From assembly GCF_009914755.1 (NCBI RefSeq), contig NC_060935.1: a stretch of DNA of 64,000 nt; one strand, 5' to 3'. The DNA is from the human T2T-CHM13v2.0 reference genome, Homo sapiens. The notes under the pieces were generated by a model that was given only the letters and a program-made list of their open reading frames with translations, had not been told where the DNA came from and did no database searches. Shown one piece after another: positions 57,406 to 64,000 of the stretch. Both the position numbers and the translations under genes were made by a program. Numbering within the stretch: the stretch's first letter is position 1; the number at the start of each line of letters is the position of its first letter.

Positions 57406-59268
57406 CAGTGTACCTTTCATCTTAATTTCTTTACCCAGTCCCAACCACCACCATCGGGAAACTGCCACAAAATAACTCAATGTAAATCTGTTTGTTTTCT
57501 TGTGCTCTTACAAAGCATACAATAGTTTTCTATGTCATGGATTTATACTGTACATAAATGTCATCATGCTGTATAACTCCATTTTCTGCTTTAATTTAAG
57601 GCCTGTAGAAGCAGATCTTTGGATCTACAAAGGGGACTTAATTCCTAAATATGATAATTTCCCCAAGGCATATTCCTTTCTAAACAATTCCATTAGTCAT
57701 TACATGGATAAAAATGCATACATGCTAAATGTTTAGTGTTTCAAAAAATGCCTTTGTTCATCAGGGAATTTATGTTTTATACTTTGAAATAAGAGTTAAA
57801 GGGAGACAACACAGATAGTGACATAATAAATATATTATTTATAGATAACAGGTTTTGTAAAGCTGTGATACCATCAGCTTCTAGCTCTTACATATCTCAT
57901 CTTGCAATAATGAATCTCCGAATGGAAGTGAATTACTTTAAAAGATGCAGTTTAACCTCCATGTCCCTTAGCTGTAATGAACTTGAACTCACTTCAATAA
58001 TACAAAATAAACACAGACTACCAGAAAGACTCATGGGGTGTCTGATTGACTTTCTAGAGGGAGACCTTGTTAAGAAACTGGTCCCAGGAGGCACCTTCCC
58101 CAAAGACATGAAAGGCAATGTGTAGATACTAGAGTCACCTGTGCTTCAGAGTTAAGGTCTCAAAGGCTTTTAAAGCCCCACCAACTCTCACTGCCAGTCA
58201 TGTATAGACTCTAAGAACCTGAAGCAGATTCTCCTCTAGAGGTGGGTGGAAAAGACTTACCTTATTTTTGTATAATGACCATAATGACCTTTTAAAGATC
58301 AAAACCATACTTAAAATGAGCCAAGGTATGGTTTTGGATCTTTTAAAGCTCATTATACAGAAATATGATAAGATAAATAAGTTTGTTTTTCAGATTTATA
58401 ACTGTTTTTAGGAATAGAGGGCATCAAATATGATCAAGCTATTTATGTCTCCAAAATAGAAATGGCATCATTATGTCTCATGTACTTAAAAAATTATGTC
58501 ACTACTGAAACTAGGAATTGCTGCTCATAGAGACTGTTTATATCATGGTTGTATTATTGCAATATTATTTACAATAAAAATTGTATATTGTACAGGATAG
58601 CCTATGAGAGAAAACTGGATAGACATCTACCCAAAGTCAAAATGATGCCCCTTTTTGAGAATACAAGTTTAGAATGCAAGTATTCTCAGAAAAATTATCC
58701 ATTCAATGTGGTAATGTACAAGCAAATATATATAGAAGCATAATATGTAATCCACTGCAATAATGGAAAGTGTTTAGTTAAATCATCTATCTTATCATAA
58801 AATAAATCTGTTAGCATTTTACTTCAGAAGAAATAGCAAAGAAGAACTTCCATTAGACATCAAAACAAAGGACTTCAATTTGCAGGAAGACATTTCCAAA
58901 AGCAGGAGCAAGACTTTAAGATACACTATCCAACCCTAGATTCCTGGTGTAATGGGACAAAATCTCTATAACATTATCAAGAGGAATATAGAAAAAAACT
59001 CATTGCCTGGGTTGCTCTTAGTTCAACTAACCTAAAATAGCATGTTCAAAAGTAAGTTTACTTTCTTTTCATTCTCCCTCAGATTGTATAACAAAAGAAA
59101 ACCCTAAGTACAATGAAAGTATTTCAAAAACACACTTTTTAAAAGGCTATTATTGTTGACTAAAACTAGTAATAGGGAATAAATATATATATATATATTT
59201 AAATTAAAGTCTATTTTTGTTACCCATTAGCCGTAAAACACTGTGCTAATTTAAAGACAACTCATCAA

Positions 59269-59635
<367 letters not shown>

Positions 59636-61188
59636 CTATCTTTCTACGCTCTCAATTCATTTGCATTTTTGAAAAGATTGAACATGCCTAGAGAGTAATC
59701 AGAAATGACATTTTTAAATACTACAAAATTAAAGTTAATTAGCCTCATTTGATGCTACCCTCATTTCTGGTTTTTAAATGTATGGAGCCACTGCTACAAA
59801 TGGTGGACAAACTTTGCAGAGAAGATTCTACCTCTCACTAAAAACAAAGCAATCTCAGAAGAATCAATAACAGTGAAGACATGGAAGGTCAGAAATAAAA
59901 ATATGCCTTAAAGGCATGTTTTGTAGGGTGAATGACCAGAAAAGTCATGTGAATCTGATGATAAATGAGGTAAAAGCATATTTCAATTATTCTAATGAAT
60001 ACCTTGGATAACACAACCTAATTGCACAAAAATCCTTAATGACTGGCATTCTTGCCAGTACAACCATAAAGAATCATAACATGGTGAACCAAGAAGGATA
60101 CAATAATTAATGAAAGTGTTATAGAAGGCTTGCTCTAAGGAAGTAGAAGAGGGAGGTGCATAGGATGGGAAAGTATTCATAGAAATTAGCAAATAGTGCA
60201 ATCTTGAGATTTAAAAGAGAAAATCATAGGATGAATATGACTTTTGTGATTAAAAATCACTTTTTAATAATTAATTATTGAATTTTCAAATAAATCATAA
60301 AGCCAGTACAGCACCAGGTTTCAGCAGAAACAGAGTATCTGATACAATCTGTAAGCATTTATATTGGCTGATAGTTGGCATGTTTGCTAAGGGGGATAAC
60401 AAATAGACTGAAAGCTACAGACAGAATATTAAAATTGGAAACCCAGGGAAGGCAAGGTAAGAAAAGGGCATGGGAGGGGACACAGAAGCACAACTACCTG
60501 TTACGTAGTGTTTGGAAATAAAAGGAAAACTAGAGTCTCAAAAATAGGATTGATCTTCAGTGGGAAATGATGCAAACTGAATGAAGAACAAGTTAGGAAT
60601 TTTGATTATAAATTTTTATAAAATCTTGACATATGAAAAAAATACTTTATCATTATCTAGATTGATGTTTCTCAAGCCTAACCACATCAATATCCTCCAG
60701 ACTTAAATATTAGCTTGCTTAAATTATTATTTAAATGTTTCATAAGCACATAAAGCTTAATATGTTCAAAATATCACTTTGCTTACTCCATCTTAAAACA
60801 TATTGTCTCATATTCAAAAATGGCACAGCTGTTAGTTACCCCAGTCAAAATAAATCCCCCATCTGTCATTCTCTCATATATAAGTTATATAACTTATTAT
60901 ATAAATTACATTGAGGAGATCATCTTGTTTCTGCTCCTGTCAATGTTACCATGTTTTGATATTGAGTGTCTCCATTTTAGCTGAAGCCCACGTTATCTTA
61001 TACCAGAAATCCCATATCAACCTCTAAACTCATTTTTTGTGGTTATTTTAAAATTTCCATTCCTGCCCTGCCTCGAGCTTTTTCAATCCTATAATTCATT
61101 ATCTTTACAACAAGAGTAATCTTTTTAAAACTTAAAGCCAATAATGTTTTTCACCTATCTTAAAATTTTGTCATGGCTTACAATTCAA

Positions 61189-62220
61189 GGCCTGCAGGTC
61201 TCTGTCAAGCCGTGGATGCGGGCCTCTCTTCAGCAGGACGGAGTTTGTTAAAGTTGTTAAGAGTAAGGCCTACTTTAAGAGATATACCAAGTGAAATTTA
61301 GAAGACGACGAGAGGGTAAAACTGATTACTATGCTCGGAAACGCTTGGTGATACAGGATAAAAATAAATACAACACACCCAAATACTGGATGATAGTTCA
61401 TGTAATAAACAGATATATCATTTGTCAGATTGCTTATGGCTGTATAGAGGGGAATGTGATAGTCCGCGCGGCACATGCACACGAACTGCCAAAATATGGT
61501 GTGAAGGTTGGCCTGACAAATTATGCTGCAGCCTATTGTACTTGCCTGCTGCTGGCCTGCAGGCTTCTCAATAGGTTTGGCATGGACAAGATCTATGAAG
61601 GCCAAGTGGAGGCGACTAGTGATGAATACAATGTGGAAAGCATTGATGGTCAGCCAGGTGCCTTTACCTGCTATTTGGGTGCAGGCCTTGCCAGAACTAC
61701 CACTGGCAATAAAGTTTTTGGCACCCTGAAGGAAGCTGCGGTTGGAGGCTTGTCTATCCCTCACAGTACCAAACAATTCCCTGATTATGATTCTGAAAGC
61801 AAGGGATTTAATGCAGAAGTACACCGGAAGGACATCATGGGCCAGAATGTTGCAGCTTAGTTGCTAGCGCTACTTAATGGAAGAAGATGAAGATGCTTAC
61901 AAGAAACAGTTCTCTCAATATATAAAGAACAGCATAACTCCAGACATGATGGAGGAGACGTATAAGAAAGCTCATGCTGCTATAGGAGAAAATCCAGTTT
62001 ATGAAAAGAAGCCCAAGACAGAAGTTATGAAGAAGAGGCAGAACCATCCCAGAATGTCCCTTGCTCAGAAGAAAGATTGGGTAGCTCGAAAGAAGGCAAG
62101 CTTCCTCAGAGCTCAGGAGCAGGATGCTGAAAGCTAAACCAAACAATTTTCTATGAGGATTTTTCAGATAAAGACAATAAACTTATGAACAGCAACTAAA
62201 AAAAATTAAGAAATAAATAA
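61189..62220 (+). pseudogene. RPL5P29: Processed pseudogene of 60S ribosomal protein L5 (uL18)
   Basis: Intronless [30 protein letters not shown]...[17 protein letters not shown]. Start ATG>ACG (61238), TAG and frameshift at 61858-61876, AATAAA at 62176, decayed A-tail, TSD AATTCAA (61182 and 62221). RPL5 parentage is certain; the P-number is from memory. Confidence 0.9.
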
Positions 62221-64000
62221 AATTCAAATAATCACTGTGACCTAATTCTTCCTTATTATAATCTATTCACACTGTCCTCCATTAAGACCCCCTACCCCCT
62301 CAAAAACTAAATGCTTTAACTTATTTTCTACCTCATACCAGTATTTTCAGCATATACATTCTCCACTAGAATCCTTGAATGTTCTTCCTATGATTCATTA
62401 AACATCTGGTTCTTTCAGATACTTTAGGTCTCAATACAGATGTCACCTTCTCAAGAAGGGCTTCCCATCTTAAAATAAAAGTTGAAGAAAAAGAAATTAA
62501 AACTAAAAAGAAACTGCTAAAATTAAAAAAGACCTTCCCATAACATACCATGTGAAAATATTCTCCCAAGTTGTCATAATGTATCTTCATATTTAATTTC
62601 CTTATTTATTATTGAAATGTGCAATAATCTTGTTTCTACATTTCTTTACCAGATTTTTGTATGTTTCCTTTCATTGGAATAGTAGGTCCATAAAACAAGG
62701 GATAACTAGTTTATGTGAAGTTTGCACGTTACCAGAGTAAGAATTCAATAAACAGGTGGTAAATAAATAAATAAGAAGATTATTTTGAAAAACAAGAAAA
62801 AGTGTGATGTTTGGTTTGAGAATCAAACTGAGATCGGATATTAACAATGTTAGGAATTATTTTGGTTCATTTCATTCTTTTTTCACACTGCAGGATAGTT
62901 TTCTATTTTTCTTTTCATTGTATCTTTTTTTTTACAAGGAGACAAAATTTAAACAACGCTGGGATTTTAAAATTCAGGCATTTTAAATGATATAGTGTTA
63001 ACTCTCTGTAACTTAACTCCACATTTTTAAATAAGTGACTATGACAGGATTTCTTTGGGCCAGGTGTCCACAACAGGGGAACTATAAATTGTAGCAGAGA
63101 CTCCAGTTGGCTTAGTTAGGGGTAGAAGATTATCCTAAATATAAAGAACTCAAGGGAAATATTTAGCCATATTAAAATAGCATTTAAATTCTATGTCAAA
63201 TATGAGCATTGTAGTTATCACAGAAAGTCTATAAAATAACAATATTTACTCATTACAGTGATAAAAATATAAAAATATAAAAAAGATGAATAAAAATCAA
63301 CTGAAAGAGCAGATATACTTTATAAGTGGTAAAAATAATATCTAATTATATAAATAAAAATTGTGATTAAACATAAAATACAAAGTGAAAACTATGAGGA
63401 GCTGTAAAAACTTGTGAAACAGAACCAACAAAAAGACATGAGAAAGAAGGAACAGAAAGTAGTATCCAGTAAAGCATAATGCCAAGAAATTACAAAACTA
63501 ATACAATTTTCACCAATATTATACATTGAAAGCTAAAAAAAATTGTCACCTGAAAAATAAATGTGAGGGCATATCTCCATGTATTTTAGTCAGAGTTAAT
63601 TTAAAAAAGAGAGAAAAAGCAAACAGACATGGATGGTAAAATGTATGAGTTAAATGTGCATAATACACATTATACAAGGATGAAATGAATAAAGAAAATG
63701 GGTTAGGATAGTACCTAGAATCACCCATTCCTAAGAAAAAGCAAGAAGTCTCAAATTTAGAAATTGGATTATTTGCAGACATAAAATGACCTCAAGCCTT
63801 TCTCATGCCTAATGCAAATGATATAAAATATTAATTGTGGCTTCAAATGTTTGCAAACTAAGAATGTACTCATAATTCAATAAGACTGTGAGGAAGTAAA
63901 TCCTCAAAATGTTTCATGATGCTGGATCATCTATTTAATTTACTATACGTTTCCATACTTGATCTTTCTGTCTCTGAAATAATTACCAAGTTTACTTATT

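Noticed and set aside
61270-62146. 184-aa and 90-aa minus-strand ORFs
   Set aside because: Antisense shadows of the RPL5 pseudogene.

Overview
AT-rich, repeat-dense primate DNA, almost certainly human. By protein recognition it is part of the chr11q12 class II olfactory receptor (OR family 8) cluster. In order, it contains: an OR8I-type pseudogene (-); an intact OR8K3 ORF (+); a defective HERV-K14/HML-1-type provirus (-) whose gag is largely replaced by an intronless copy of the cellular gene FAM8A1; an OR8K pseudogene (+); OR8K1 (+), whose expected start codon reads ACG here; and a processed RPL5 pseudogene (+). The rest is mostly LINE-1, Alu, MaLR/THE1, ERVL/MLT2, LTR7 and DNA-transposon relics, several of them nested. 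The retroviral capture of FAM8A1 is the most striking structure, but to my knowledge it is already published. Less well explained are a ~395-bp, ~95%-identical inverted repeat around a 1.2-kb spacer, an array of eight TAATGA homeodomain motifs upstream of the OR8I pseudogene, and allele-level lesions in OR8K1. I found no evidence for a wholly new biological system. Repeat subfamily names and gene symbols are from memory without searches, and repeat boundaries are approximate.
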